This document shows positions 30,130 through 39,414 of a stretch of DNA of 64,000 bases, in pieces. This DNA comes from an uncultured Verrucomicrobiae bacterium (GTDB lineage Bacteria; Verrucomicrobiota; Verrucomicrobiia; Chthoniobacterales; Terrimicrobiaceae), in the NCBI GenBank assembly GCA_963706955.1, contig CAVPOC010000013.1:1-64000 (forward strand), in the 5' to 3' direction. How positions within the stretch are numbered: position 1 is the stretch's first letter; each line of letters begins with the position of its first letter. A program made the translations under genes and the position numbers. Under the pieces are notes generated by a model. It was not told where the DNA came from. It searched no databases and saw only the letters and a list, made by a program, of their open reading frames with translations.

Positions 30130-30699
30130 CTACTTCCGCAAAAAGACAGAGGTCAAGCGAACGACATCCTGCATATCCACGTCTCCGTCCCCGTCAGAGT
30201 CAAGAAATTGGGATAGGATGGGATTTACTTGCCCACCGGTCTGCGTGCCTGGGATAGAGGTGCCACCGGAAGGCTGGGCTCCCGCGGTGGCACCCGCCGC
30301 AGAAGAGGCGGGAGCGGGACGGCCGGACTGAAGGAGTCCGATAATTGCCGGAAGAACAATCGGTAGGAGACGCATGATGGAACTCGCATCAAGTCCGGTC
30401 TTTTGCTCAGCTTGTCCGACCACCTGATCCATCCGCTCGGAGCCTATGACTTGCCGCAATTGGTCAGGCGAATGAGCGCTTTGCTTAAGCTCTTGAAGCA
30501 GAGAATCAACGCCTTCAGGACCAGCGACAGCCTGTTGCTCCCGCAACATGGGCTTCAAGAATCCGCCGAGAAGGCTGGCGATTTGATTTGTGGAAGATCC
30601 GCCGCTTCCGAACGCCGATGAAAGATTTTCAAGATCGCTCATCTGAGTTTTGCGGGAAGGATCATTCAGGGATGCGAGGACAGTGTCGAAGAGGTTCAT
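30130..30699 (-). CDS. DUF937-like protein with C-terminal EF-hand-like motif
   Basis: MNLFDTVLASLNDP..., LLPIVLPAIIGLL, FLDSDGDGDVDMQD. Confidence 0.7.
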   Translation of the reverse strand: MNLFDTVLASLNDPSRKTQMSDLENLSSAFGSGGSSTNQIASLLGGFLKPMLREQQAVAGPEGVDSLLQELKQSAHSPDQLRQVIGSERMDQVVGQAEQKTGLDASSIMRLLPIVLPAIIGLLQSGRPAPASSAAGATAGAQPSGGTSIPGTQTGGQVNPILSQFLDSDGDGDVDMQDVVRLTSVFLRK

Positions 30700-31044
30700 A
30701 GTTTCTAAGGTTTAGGTGAGACTTCGGGAGTATTAGGATTATCCGCTGTGCAAGTAAGAGCGTCGCGGATGGAAATAATGGGGTCTCGTCCTGGTACCAT
30801 ATGTGCGGATTCCGGTAGAGGAAAAAGAGAGACTTCGTTCGGTGCCGTAGCGAGGGATAGCTTGGGAAGCGAAAGCTTCGACGGAGCGAAGGAGAAGAGT
30901 AGATCTACTCGGGGGAGGATCCTCACACTCTTCCAATAAGCCCTCGGCTAGGTTCTTGTCAAATACGCGATCTTCCAGCCACCACAAGCGATGGTCTAGT
31001 TATGCTCGCACGAGCGTGCACGTGGTCTATAACAAAGAACTTTT

Positions 31045-31842
31045 ATGAGCATTCTCACGGAAACCTCTATCGATCTTCCAACCTCGCGTGGAGACATGCG
31101 CGTGCACCTCTTCGTGCCGCAAGCGCCCGGCCGCCATCCTGGGGTCGTCTTCTATTCGGAGATCTTTCAAGTTACCAGTCCGATCCGTCGAATGGCTTCC
31201 GCCTTGAGCGGCCACGGATATGTCGTCGCGGTTCCGGAGGTTTATCATGAATTTGAGCCGCTAGGAGCAGTGCTCGCATATGACCAAGCAGGCTCCACCC
31301 GGGGCAACGAGCTGAAGTATACAAAGGAGCTCGCTTCCTATGATGAGGATACCGACGTGACGGTGAAGTTTCTTCGTGGCCATGAAAGCTGCACCGGCCG
31401 CGTCGGAAGCTATGGCGTTTGTCTCGGGGGACATCTTGCCGTCAGGGCGGGCTTTCATCCCGAGGTGAGCGCAGTAGCTGCCTTCTATCCGACGGATATT
31501 CACTCGAATTCGCTCGGCGCAGGTAAACATGATGACACCTTGGAGCGGTTTGGAGGAGTCAAGGCTCCCTTTCTTTTCGTGTGGGGTCGGCAGGACCCGC
31601 ATGTTCCGCTTGAGGGAAGAGTAAAGATCGCCAATCGGCTAAACGAAACGGGAACGGAATTCGAGTGGCACGAGTTTAACGCCGCTCATGCGTTTCTTCG
31701 TGATGAGGGACCGCGGTATAATCCGGCGCTGGCACACGTCTGCATGAGCCTGCTCCTCCGCTTCTTTTGCGAGCAGTTGATGCCCGACCAAGGCTTGCTT
31801 GGCCAATCGGCGTCGACTCGAGGATTGCGGCCGGCGTCGTGA
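31045..31842 (+). CDS. Dienelactone hydrolase family protein
   Basis: SEIFQVT, GVCLGG nucleophile motif, DPHVP, HAFLRDEG. Confidence 0.92.
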   Translation: MSILTETSIDLPTSRGDMRVHLFVPQAPGRHPGVVFYSEIFQVTSPIRRMASALSGHGYVVAVPEVYHEFEPLGAVLAYDQAGSTRGNELKYTKELASYDEDTDVTVKFLRGHESCTGRVGSYGVCLGGHLAVRAGFHPEVSAVAAFYPTDIHSNSLGAGKHDDTLERFGGVKAPFLFVWGRQDPHVPLEGRVKIANRLNETGTEFEWHEFNAAHAFLRDEGPRYNPALAHVCMSLLLRFFCEQLMPDQGLLGQSASTRGLRPAS

Positions 31843-32112
31843 GTCGAGCTGCCAGAATGCGATTTCCTACCCTGGGATTTCCGGGACGAATCGGTGCTGC
31901 TTGGGCGCCAACAGCACGGGTCGATCTGAGCTGGTGACGTCGCCAGGACCGTGCTCTCGTTATCATAGCTGCCGCGGGTCAGCCGCCAAACTACTGATCG
32001 ACAATGGGCTCTCTGGTTCGTGAGCTGATTGGAGCCGAGGCCTAGCAGCTTGCTGGCGGCTTTTCTTTCTTGGATTCTGATTGAATATTTTGGGCGATGA
32101 ATGCTTCTGTGA

Positions 32113-33657
32113 ATGCCCGCTCCGCAAGCAAAGACGATTAGCTATGCGCTGCTGATCACGGCATTGTCTCCGGTGCTACCGCAGATTCTCGGAAGCGCGT
32201 TTAACATTTGGTACAACATCATTATTGTTGACCCGTTGCTAACGACGGCCGCGCTCAGGCAACGCTTCCTGAGCACGGTGATCGTCTACAACAGCATCTC
32301 TTATCCGTTGGTAATGTATCTCTGGTTACGTTTGGTCTATTCTCTTCGACCAGCGCTTACGAAAATGCAAAACGGAGAGCCAATCTCCGAAACGATGCTG
32401 CAGGAGGCGCGGCGACGTGTCATTCGTTTGCCATTTCTTGGCGCGATCATCTGCGGCTTGGGCTGGCTGCTCTGCATACCAGTCTTTGTTCTTTCGCTTG
32501 CCCAGGTTAGCAATGGTCTGGATTGGCGGCTGCTTTGGCACTTGCCGGTTTCATTTGGAGTATCTGGTTTCATTTCGATAACGCACGGCTTCTTTCTGGT
32601 CGAACTAGCGAGCAATTGGGGACTGTTTCCGGTACTTTTTCAGCGGACTCGTGCCGATCTGACGCCTGGAGCAAAAACCCTATCGCTGCGAGGCCGGGGA
32701 CTAATCTGGGTGATCTCTGCGGGCATCTGTCCGATCGGATCCTTACTCTTATTGAACTTTGCGCCCGCTTCGGCGGAAAATAATCAGCAATGGCTGGCGG
32801 TCTTTGTCGGGAGCATCGGAATAGCCTTCGGACTCTGCACCGCAATGATGGTCAGTCGACTGTTTCTCGAGCCAATCGACTACCTGCGCTCGGCGGCCCA
32901 AGCCGTGGCGCGAGGCCGCCTCGACGTAGAGGTGCCACTGGTGAGGGCGGACGAGTTTGGGCTGCTCATCGGCGAGTTCAACCATATGATCGTGGAGCTT
33001 CGTGAAAAGGAACGGCTTCGGCGGACGTTCGGGCTGCACGTTGGACAAAAGGCCGCCGAGGCAATCCTGGCACGCGATCCCGGTCTTAGCGGGGTCGAGG
33101 AAATTATCACGGTGATGTTTGTGGACATTCGGTCCTTCACTGCCATGAGCGCTGCCGCAACCCCCCGCCGCGTGGTCGAGATCTTGAACAAGTTTCTTCC
33201 GGTGATGGTCCAAGTGGTCGAGGAGCGACATGGCGGGATGGTCAACAAGTTCCTCGGCGATGGTTTTCTGGCTCTTTTCGGCGTCGGAGGAAGTTTGAAG
33301 GCTCACGCCGACGCGGCCGTCGCCGCCGCGATCGAGATGCTTCATGCGCTCCCACGGTTAAATAGCGAATTGGCTCTCCCGGGAGAGGCAGCCCTCGCCA
33401 TCGGAATCGGTATTCATACCGGTCCTGCTATCGTTGGCAGCATCGGATCGCCAAACCGGCTCGAATACACGGCAATCGGAGGTACCGTGAACTTTGCCTC
33501 GCGAGTCGAAGGCTTGACGAAACAGCTTGGGACGCAGTTGCTGGTTACTGAATCCACAAGAAACCGGCTCAATGCAGGAGTCGCGTTTATGGACTACCCG
33601 CCGCAAACGATCCGCGGAGTCGAAGGAGCGGTGAAGGTCTTTTCGGTAGTTGACTAG
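32113..33657 (+). CDS. Membrane adenylate/guanylate cyclase (TM + HAMP + class III cyclase)
   Basis: About 6 TMs, HAMP (DEFGLLIGEFNHM), FVDIRSFT, NKFLGDG, EYTAIGGTVNFASRVE. Confidence 0.92.
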   Translation: MPAPQAKTISYALLITALSPVLPQILGSAFNIWYNIIIVDPLLTTAALRQRFLSTVIVYNSISYPLVMYLWLRLVYSLRPALTKMQNGEPISETMLQEARRRVIRLPFLGAIICGLGWLLCIPVFVLSLAQVSNGLDWRLLWHLPVSFGVSGFISITHGFFLVELASNWGLFPVLFQRTRADLTPGAKTLSLRGRGLIWVISAGICPIGSLLLLNFAPASAENNQQWLAVFVGSIGIAFGLCTAMMVSRLFLEPIDYLRSAAQAVARGRLDVEVPLVRADEFGLLIGEFNHMIVELREKERLRRTFGLHVGQKAAEAILARDPGLSGVEEIITVMFVDIRSFTAMSAAATPRRVVEILNKFLPVMVQVVEERHGGMVNKFLGDGFLALFGVGGSLKAHADAAVAAAIEMLHALPRLNSELALPGEAALAIGIGIHTGPAIVGSIGSPNRLEYTAIGGTVNFASRVEGLTKQLGTQLLVTESTRNRLNAGVAFMDYPPQTIRGVEGAVKVFSVVD

Positions 33658-33689
33658 ACGCAATCAGGCCAGATGCAACGACCACTTCC

Positions 33690-33742
33690 TGTAGCGACCG
33701 TGTCCTCACGGTCGAGGTTTCCGGCGGTGGGACGCCGCTACA
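33690..33742. repeat. GTAG-type REP doublet (REPIN-like)
   Basis: tGTAG-cgaccgtg-tcct-cacggtcg followed by inverted cggcg...cgccg-CTACa, between convergent genes. Confidence 0.65.
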
Positions 33743-33771
33743 ACACGCAGCTTGAGAAGCGTTCCTCGATG

Positions 33772-34215
33772 CTATTTCAACTCCGCTTGGTGGAACTCGG
33801 TCCAGTCGTCGAGATTATTCAGGTTGACCGCATCGCGCGCAGCCTTGGTGTCGTCCGCCAAATTCGCCGCTCCCAGTACCGAGCGTCGTGTTTCATCATC
33901 GTGGTTATAGCCGGCGATGGCCTTGTTGAGTTTATCGATCGAAGCTTCGTCGAGCGTAGCTCCGGGCTGCTCACGAACCCACTTTTCAAATTGCGGATAC
34001 GTAGGTCGTTTCTCGGAAATAAAGGAAACGACGGCGTCGCGCTTCAGATTAAGGCCATCAATGACCATCTGATCGAATCCAGTACCGACAGCCGGGTAGC
34101 CGTCCGCCAGTTTGCCTCGACTGTCGAGGGAGACTTTGAGCCACAGACGCGGTAAATGCAAAACGCCGAGAGGCCCGGCGATTCCAGAGCTAATGAGGGG
34201 AACGAATTTCGACAT
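33772..34215 (-). CDS. DUF5069-like protein
   Basis: MSKFVPLISSGIAGPLGVLHLPRLWLK...GY...FD...; ATG at 34215. Family assignment from recall. Confidence 0.65.
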   Translation of the reverse strand: MSKFVPLISSGIAGPLGVLHLPRLWLKVSLDSRGKLADGYPAVGTGFDQMVIDGLNLKRDAVVSFISEKRPTYPQFEKWVREQPGATLDEASIDKLNKAIAGYNHDDETRRSVLGAANLADDTKAARDAVNLNNLDDWTEFHQAELK

Positions 34216-34618
34216 AACGATATCAATAGAACGCATCATGCGCACGAGGTCAATCCAACGGCGGTAACCACACTTCGGTGCGACGGAACCGTCTTGTGCC
34301 AATTAATGCTCCCAGCCAGCCTGCTTCAAGAAGCGCCACAGCCGAGGATCGTCGGCTGAGAGCGCCGGAGGCCAGCTTCCGAGTAGTTGGCGCCTCCACC
34401 ACTGGTGGTTGGGTTGCTCGGCTCGGCGAGCTTATATCGGTAGAGCGTGGCACGGACAAACTTCGGAGGCCGGTCGGAAACGGGTTGTTTGCAAACAGGC
34501 TGAGCGCCTCGGCAAAATGATTGAAGATGACTCCGGTTTGTCCCCATCTGCCGATATAACCCGTGCGCCTCTGCGTCGCCGATATTGCCTTTGTCGAGCC
34601 ATCGTCGACTGCAAATCG

Positions 34619-34927
34619 TTGAATCGCGCTTTCAGCGCTGGCAATCGTCTTCGCATGCGTTCCTCGGGCGATGCCCGAGGCTGATATGAAGCCGCGCCTT
34701 TGGCGCTCGCGTCAGCTTCGCTCAGCGCCAACGACGCCATTCGGTTACTAATCTGAGGCAACGCCCCAGGGGACCTCGGACGTTGCCCGAGGCTGATATG
34801 ACCCTGCGCCTTTGGCGCTCCGCGTCAACTCCGTTTAGCGCCAACGGCGCGACTCAGTTTTAGCCTGGGGCAAACGCCCCAGGAAACGAAGACAAACATC
34901 TCGGCGAGCGCTGAAAGCGCGATTCAA
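34619..34927. repeat. REP/BIME-like composite: perfect 21-bp terminal inverted repeats enclosing two ~110-bp direct repeats of palindromic units
   Basis: Terminal repeats are ttgaatcgcgctttcagcgct (34619-34639) and agcgctgaaagcgcgattcaa (34907-34927). Inner units span 34662-34770 and 34774-34883. Confidence 0.85.
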
Positions 34928-35024
34928 ACAAAGCTTTCAAGCGGGCGCATTTCAGTTCGCCCATCCGCTCCCGTCATAACAACCGGCTAGTTGCCGGACT
35001 GCGGCTGTGGAAGTGCGGCAACCC

Positions 35025-35399
35025 TCAGCGTGTCGTGGCTTTCCGCGGCAAGGGTCGCTTGCGGGCAATGACCTTCCCTTTGGGGGCAAAGGATCGACCG
35101 CGTTCTCGAAGAGCTTTCAAGTCCTCTGAAAAAGCCCGGAGAGCTTTTGGCACTCCCTTATACTCTTTGCCCGCCTTCTTGACACGCCCCTGCCGCACAA
35201 GATCCTGAAGCTTCTCGTAGGCCCGCAGGCGAAGCATCTCCTCGCCACCGCTGACTGCATTCCGCGCGCGAAGTCCCGCATGGACAACGCCAAAGAGCGC
35301 CTTGAACTCATACGGACGCGCGTCCAGCAGCACGTCAACTAATTCCTCGGTGACCGTATCAGGACCACGGCGTGCAAACGAGCTAAACTTTAATCCCAT
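35025..35399 (-). CDS. Small basic hypothetical protein, paralog of 27163..27474
   Basis: MGLKFSSFARRGPDTVTEELV...SGGEEMLRLRAYEKLQDLVRQGRVKKAGKEYKG. Confidence 0.8.
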   Translation of the reverse strand: MGLKFSSFARRGPDTVTEELVDVLLDARPYEFKALFGVVHAGLRARNAVSGGEEMLRLRAYEKLQDLVRQGRVKKAGKEYKGVPKALRAFSEDLKALRERGRSFAPKGKVIARKRPLPRKATTR

Positions 35400-35619
35400 A
35401 ACAACTAATACCACAAAGCCGACGAGGGCGAAAGCCCTCTTGCAGTCAACTTGCGATAGGGTGCAATCCCCATTGAACCAACTTGAAATTTCCCCAAACT
35501 ATGCGATAGTAAAAATAGCAAGGTTAACTCCACTGGTTTCGCTGAATAAGTGAAACTGGTTCTCGAAAAGGAGAAGAAACAGTGTGAGCCAACCTTGCTG
35601 CTTTTGTACGCAGCACTCC

Positions 35620-37500
35620 TTATGGCTGACCGAGCAGTGTCTTTGGAAGGTCCAGCTCGACGCGCCAAATTCTTCTGGGATCGTTGAATCCCCGCAAGCG
35701 CACATCGGACGGCTCCGGAGCGGTGGTATACTGGCTCACAAACTCGCGCATTTCCGGACGGTGATAGAGTTCGTCGGAGACGACCAGATCACCTCCTTTG
35801 CAGCACGAGATCATTCGGGCTGCCAGGTTGATAGTCGTGCCGAAGAAATCCAATCTATCGTTTGCGTTTACAGCCAGACACGGTCCTGCATGGAGACTGG
35901 CCTTCAGCGTCAGAGGAACCGTGCGCATACCTTCGGCAAGCTTCCGGTTCATGTCGCGGACTGCTTCCAAGGCTTCGTCCACGCGGCTAAAGCAAGCCAT
36001 GACGGCATCCCCAATTGTCTTGACCACGGTCCCATGGTGACTGCGAACGACGTCGGTCAGGATTGCAAAATGATCCCGCACCAGGGCATAAGCGGGCGCG
36101 TCTCCGATGCTTCGATACATCGCGGTTGAGCCACGCAGATCGGTGAACAAGACGACCTGCGAACCGACGGTGATGTCCTCAGCAGGCGAGATGACCTCGT
36201 GGGCAAAAAGGTCGCGAAATTCTTGCCAATTCGTCACCCGCGCCGCCGTGAGGATGTCCTCACTCCAACCGACCTGATCGAGACTTAGCGCAACGGGAAA
36301 CGGATTAGGGTTGTGCACGCGCACGGAATTGTCCGATGTAGACTGCGGTCCGTATTCAATCTCGAAACCCGAGGCGTTTGTCCGAATAAGTGCCGGGCGG
36401 AGCTCGCGAAACTCCTCCGGATCGAGCGTTCTCGATCCTTTTACCTGGGGCGAACGCAAGCGGAGCGGTCGAGTGAGTGTCGGAAGTTTCCATGGACGTT
36501 CTTCGCCTGGCTGTAGCCATACCTGGCTGATCACGTGAGGCTTCCCGCCGGGTCCCGCGAGACAATAGGTCTGTTCCTGGCGCGGCCGGATGGCTTGATT
36601 GACTGCGAACTTTAGCTCGACCGATTTATCAAACTCAGCATCGAATTCAATTTGGCAGACATCGCAATGCGAAGTTCGCGAGATTCCACTCAACGAATGA
36701 ACCAGCTGATTTCGGGACGAACGACAGTTTGGACAAAGAATCTCCCAACGAAAATCGAGAAGACCGCACTCGGTGGCGTGCAAGAACAAGGCGAGAACAT
36801 CCCAGCGATCAGAATCCCATTTCTTGGCGATCGCAAACGGGCGAATGTGGGTCAGTTCGACATCGGCCGACTCCCTGATGAGTCGTTCGAGCAGATCGAT
36901 CCGATCGCTCGCGAGATCAATATGCCGCAGCTTATCCAGGCCAGATCGGAGGGCGACTTCATTGACGGGATGAGTAGTCAACCGCGGCAGAGCTACGTGC
37001 TTCTGGCCGCGCAGAAATTCCTCCACGTGGCGCATGATCCTGTGGACATCATGTCTCGTCTTGGGAAAGAGGATTTTTTCCGCGACCAGTTTGCCGAGCG
37101 CATTACGGGGAAGAACCTCGGAACTGATAATAACTCGAGTCCCACTTGTCTGTGGCTGGAGTTCCAACGCCACGATGGCTTCGCGAAACGGTCCGCGCTG
37201 GAGGATGCGCCTGACGCGGTAGAATTCAGGCTCCAGCCACTCGAAGGGCAGTTCCTGCCAGACGATCTCGAGTCCCGCGATGCGTGCTCGAGCGATCGTC
37301 GAGCTCCCGCCCTCGGCTCTTGCCTGGAATTCATACTGAACCGCCGGCAGGCCAAGCGCACGATTGAACCAGTCAGTGTTGCTGAGCACGGGCCAGACAA
37401 GTTCACGGGGAAAAGGCAGATCGTGCTCGCTTCGGAAGTGAATTATCTGCTCCACAAGCCTTTGGGACTTACAGGTTCCATGTCCGCTTTGCGTCCGCAA
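35620..37500 (-). CDS. Class III adenylate/guanylate cyclase with N-terminal SRPBCC-like and DUF5939-like domains
   Basis: VWPVLSNTDWFNRALG; CPNC, HCDVC, FDKSVELKF; FTDLRGST, KTIGDAVMA, DFFGTTINLAAR. Likely start is GTG at about 37455. Confidence 0.88.
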   Translation of the reverse strand: MRTQSGHGTCKSQRLVEQIIHFRSEHDLPFPRELVWPVLSNTDWFNRALGLPAVQYEFQARAEGGSSTIARARIAGLEIVWQELPFEWLEPEFYRVRRILQRGPFREAIVALELQPQTSGTRVIISSEVLPRNALGKLVAEKILFPKTRHDVHRIMRHVEEFLRGQKHVALPRLTTHPVNEVALRSGLDKLRHIDLASDRIDLLERLIRESADVELTHIRPFAIAKKWDSDRWDVLALFLHATECGLLDFRWEILCPNCRSSRNQLVHSLSGISRTSHCDVCQIEFDAEFDKSVELKFAVNQAIRPRQEQTYCLAGPGGKPHVISQVWLQPGEERPWKLPTLTRPLRLRSPQVKGSRTLDPEEFRELRPALIRTNASGFEIEYGPQSTSDNSVRVHNPNPFPVALSLDQVGWSEDILTAARVTNWQEFRDLFAHEVISPAEDITVGSQVVLFTDLRGSTAMYRSIGDAPAYALVRDHFAILTDVVRSHHGTVVKTIGDAVMACFSRVDEALEAVRDMNRKLAEGMRTVPLTLKASLHAGPCLAVNANDRLDFFGTTINLAARMISCCKGGDLVVSDELYHRPEMREFVSQYTTAPEPSDVRLRGFNDPRRIWRVELDLPKTLLGQP

Positions 37501-37949
37501 CCGGCGTGAAATTGAAGAGCATGGTTATCTCGCGCATACCAAGCATAAAACGGAGGGCGTGATTATCTTCCCAGATAAGGCGATAGGTTGCATGCGTTCG
37601 ATGAAGGATGTTATCGTCCATCTTGCCGGCGTGCAAACCGAAGGAAGCTACTTTGGACCGAGATTACTCCGCGAGGGAGCGGCGCCTCCGGCACGAGCGT
37701 GCTGCAGGTCTTAGCGCACCGGTAAATTGGTCCTGGCTGGACAACTGGCATGCTCTGCTAAGCTAAGCGATCGATCTATTCAAAAAGACTTCCAACCAAT
37801 CACGGGGGAGAGGCCAGTCAGTATGGCGCCTGTCGGCTCTTTCTCTACTGGTTTTTGGGATTGTTTTCTGCATCGTAATTTTCCCTGCTGGGTTCGAGAG
37901 ACGGTCGCACGCCCTACCACCGGCGACGGTTTCTCAGAGCGCCGAATCG

Positions 37950-39110
37950 ATGGAGCACGAGGCGCTGGCACTTCAAGACAAGGGCGAGTACAAAGCTGCT
38001 GAAGAACTCTTTCGCAAGTGCCTGGCCGAGCGTCAACGAGCCTTGGGCCCCGACCATATTGACACTCTCGCGGCGATGAACAATCTGGCTAATTTGCTCC
38101 ACGAGCGCGGCGAGAATGTCGAGGCCGAGACTCACCATCTGCAAGCGTTGGAGGCCCGAGAGCGGACGTTGGGTCCTGACCATCCGCATACCTTGGCGAG
38201 CCTGAACAACCTGGCTCTTGTCCTCCAGGCCAGGGGAAACTTGGCGGGGGCGGAACCATATGCACGCCGCGCCTGGGAATCGATGCGCCGGACAGCTGGA
38301 CCGGAAAATCCCGACACCCTTAGGTGTCTGAACAATCTCGCCAATTTGCTCTCAGACAAGGGGGACTATGTGGCGGCCGAGCCTCTCTACCGTCAACTCG
38401 TTGACACGCTCGAGGCCCAGCTTGGACCTGAAGATCCAGCCACCCTCGCCGGGCAAGGCAACCTGGCAAACCTCCTCTTACGCAAAGGTGACCCTTGGGC
38501 GGCAGGATCCATTTATCGACGTTGCTTGCAGATTCGCGAGCGTGTCCAAGGCCCTGCCCATCCGGAGACCCTCCTGGCCCTCAATAACTATGCGGCATTC
38601 CAGCTGGAAACTGGTAGCTATGCCGAGGCCGAATATCTCTTTCGTCGCTGCATGGAGGCCCGACGCAGTGCCTTGGGTGACGATCATCCCGATACCCTCG
38701 CCGTCTTGGAAAATCTCGCTCGAACCCTCCGCAAAGCAGGCAAGCTTCAGGAAGCCGAAGCGTTGGCTCGAACTGGACTGGCCGCGCGGGAACGCGTTCT
38801 CGGAGTGCAACACCCGGATACCTTCGGTAACATGGCAACTCTCGCGGATGTCATGCGCGACAGCGAAGATCTTGCCGCGGCAGAGTCCCTCTATCAAAAA
38901 TCGCTGGCAGGACTGGAAAGCTCATTGGGCCCGAGTCATCCGGAAACCTTGCGCGTGCTTTACGAGTATTCTGTGCTTCGGAAAAGCCAACGCCAGGAAA
39001 TCGCCGCGCGACGCCTCGCCTTCCAATTGATCGCCGGCGCACGTCGCACGCTTGCTCCAAATCATCCCGACCGCATTAAATATCAGCAACTGCTCGATTC
39101 GCTTCGATAG
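37950..39110 (+). CDS. Tetratricopeptide repeat protein (42-aa TPR_10/12-type repeats)
   Basis: About 9 repeats of LGPDHPxTLxxLNNLA. The frame is open upstream to 37767 and encodes a TM segment there. Confidence 0.9.
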   Translation: MEHEALALQDKGEYKAAEELFRKCLAERQRALGPDHIDTLAAMNNLANLLHERGENVEAETHHLQALEARERTLGPDHPHTLASLNNLALVLQARGNLAGAEPYARRAWESMRRTAGPENPDTLRCLNNLANLLSDKGDYVAAEPLYRQLVDTLEAQLGPEDPATLAGQGNLANLLLRKGDPWAAGSIYRRCLQIRERVQGPAHPETLLALNNYAAFQLETGSYAEAEYLFRRCMEARRSALGDDHPDTLAVLENLARTLRKAGKLQEAEALARTGLAARERVLGVQHPDTFGNMATLADVMRDSEDLAAAESLYQKSLAGLESSLGPSHPETLRVLYEYSVLRKSQRQEIAARRLAFQLIAGARRTLAPNHPDRIKYQQLLDSLR

Positions 39111-39210
39111 CTCTGATGTCGTTTAAAAAGAGGGCGAAAGCGGACTTTTGCGGTTCTTTAGGCGCCTCGTCCTTGACGCTTAGATCGACGTTCGTAGGGT
39201 ACAAATTGCT

Positions 39211-39369
39211 ATGAAGCCAACCGGGTTCAAACTACCAAAAAACGAAGTTGAAACTGAGGCTGAGATCCATGCCGAAGAAACTCGGCGTGCAGTTTCAGCG
39301 GCCTCTAAGGGCCGGCAGGCCAGGCCGAAACAGTCGAATCAACGTAGGAAAACCGCCCGCGGATCCTGA
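39211..39369 (+). CDS. Small basic hypothetical protein (52 aa)
   Basis: MKPTGFKLPKNEVETEAEIHAEETRRAVSAASKGRQARPKQSNQRRKTARGS*; fills an otherwise empty spacer. Confidence 0.4.
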   Translation: MKPTGFKLPKNEVETEAEIHAEETRRAVSAASKGRQARPKQSNQRRKTARGS

Positions 39370-39414
39370 CAGCTTAGGCAGTCAGTGATGCTAAGCGAGG
39401 TATCGGTCGCTCTT

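Noticed and set aside
34619..34927. Repeat cluster as a CRISPR array or coding ORF 34432..34761
   Set aside because: The repeats are nested palindromes with non-unique spacers, and the ORFs across them have no protein-like features.
37950..39110. 126-bp periodicity as a DNA repeat element
   Set aside because: It is explained by ordinary 42-aa TPR coding repeats.
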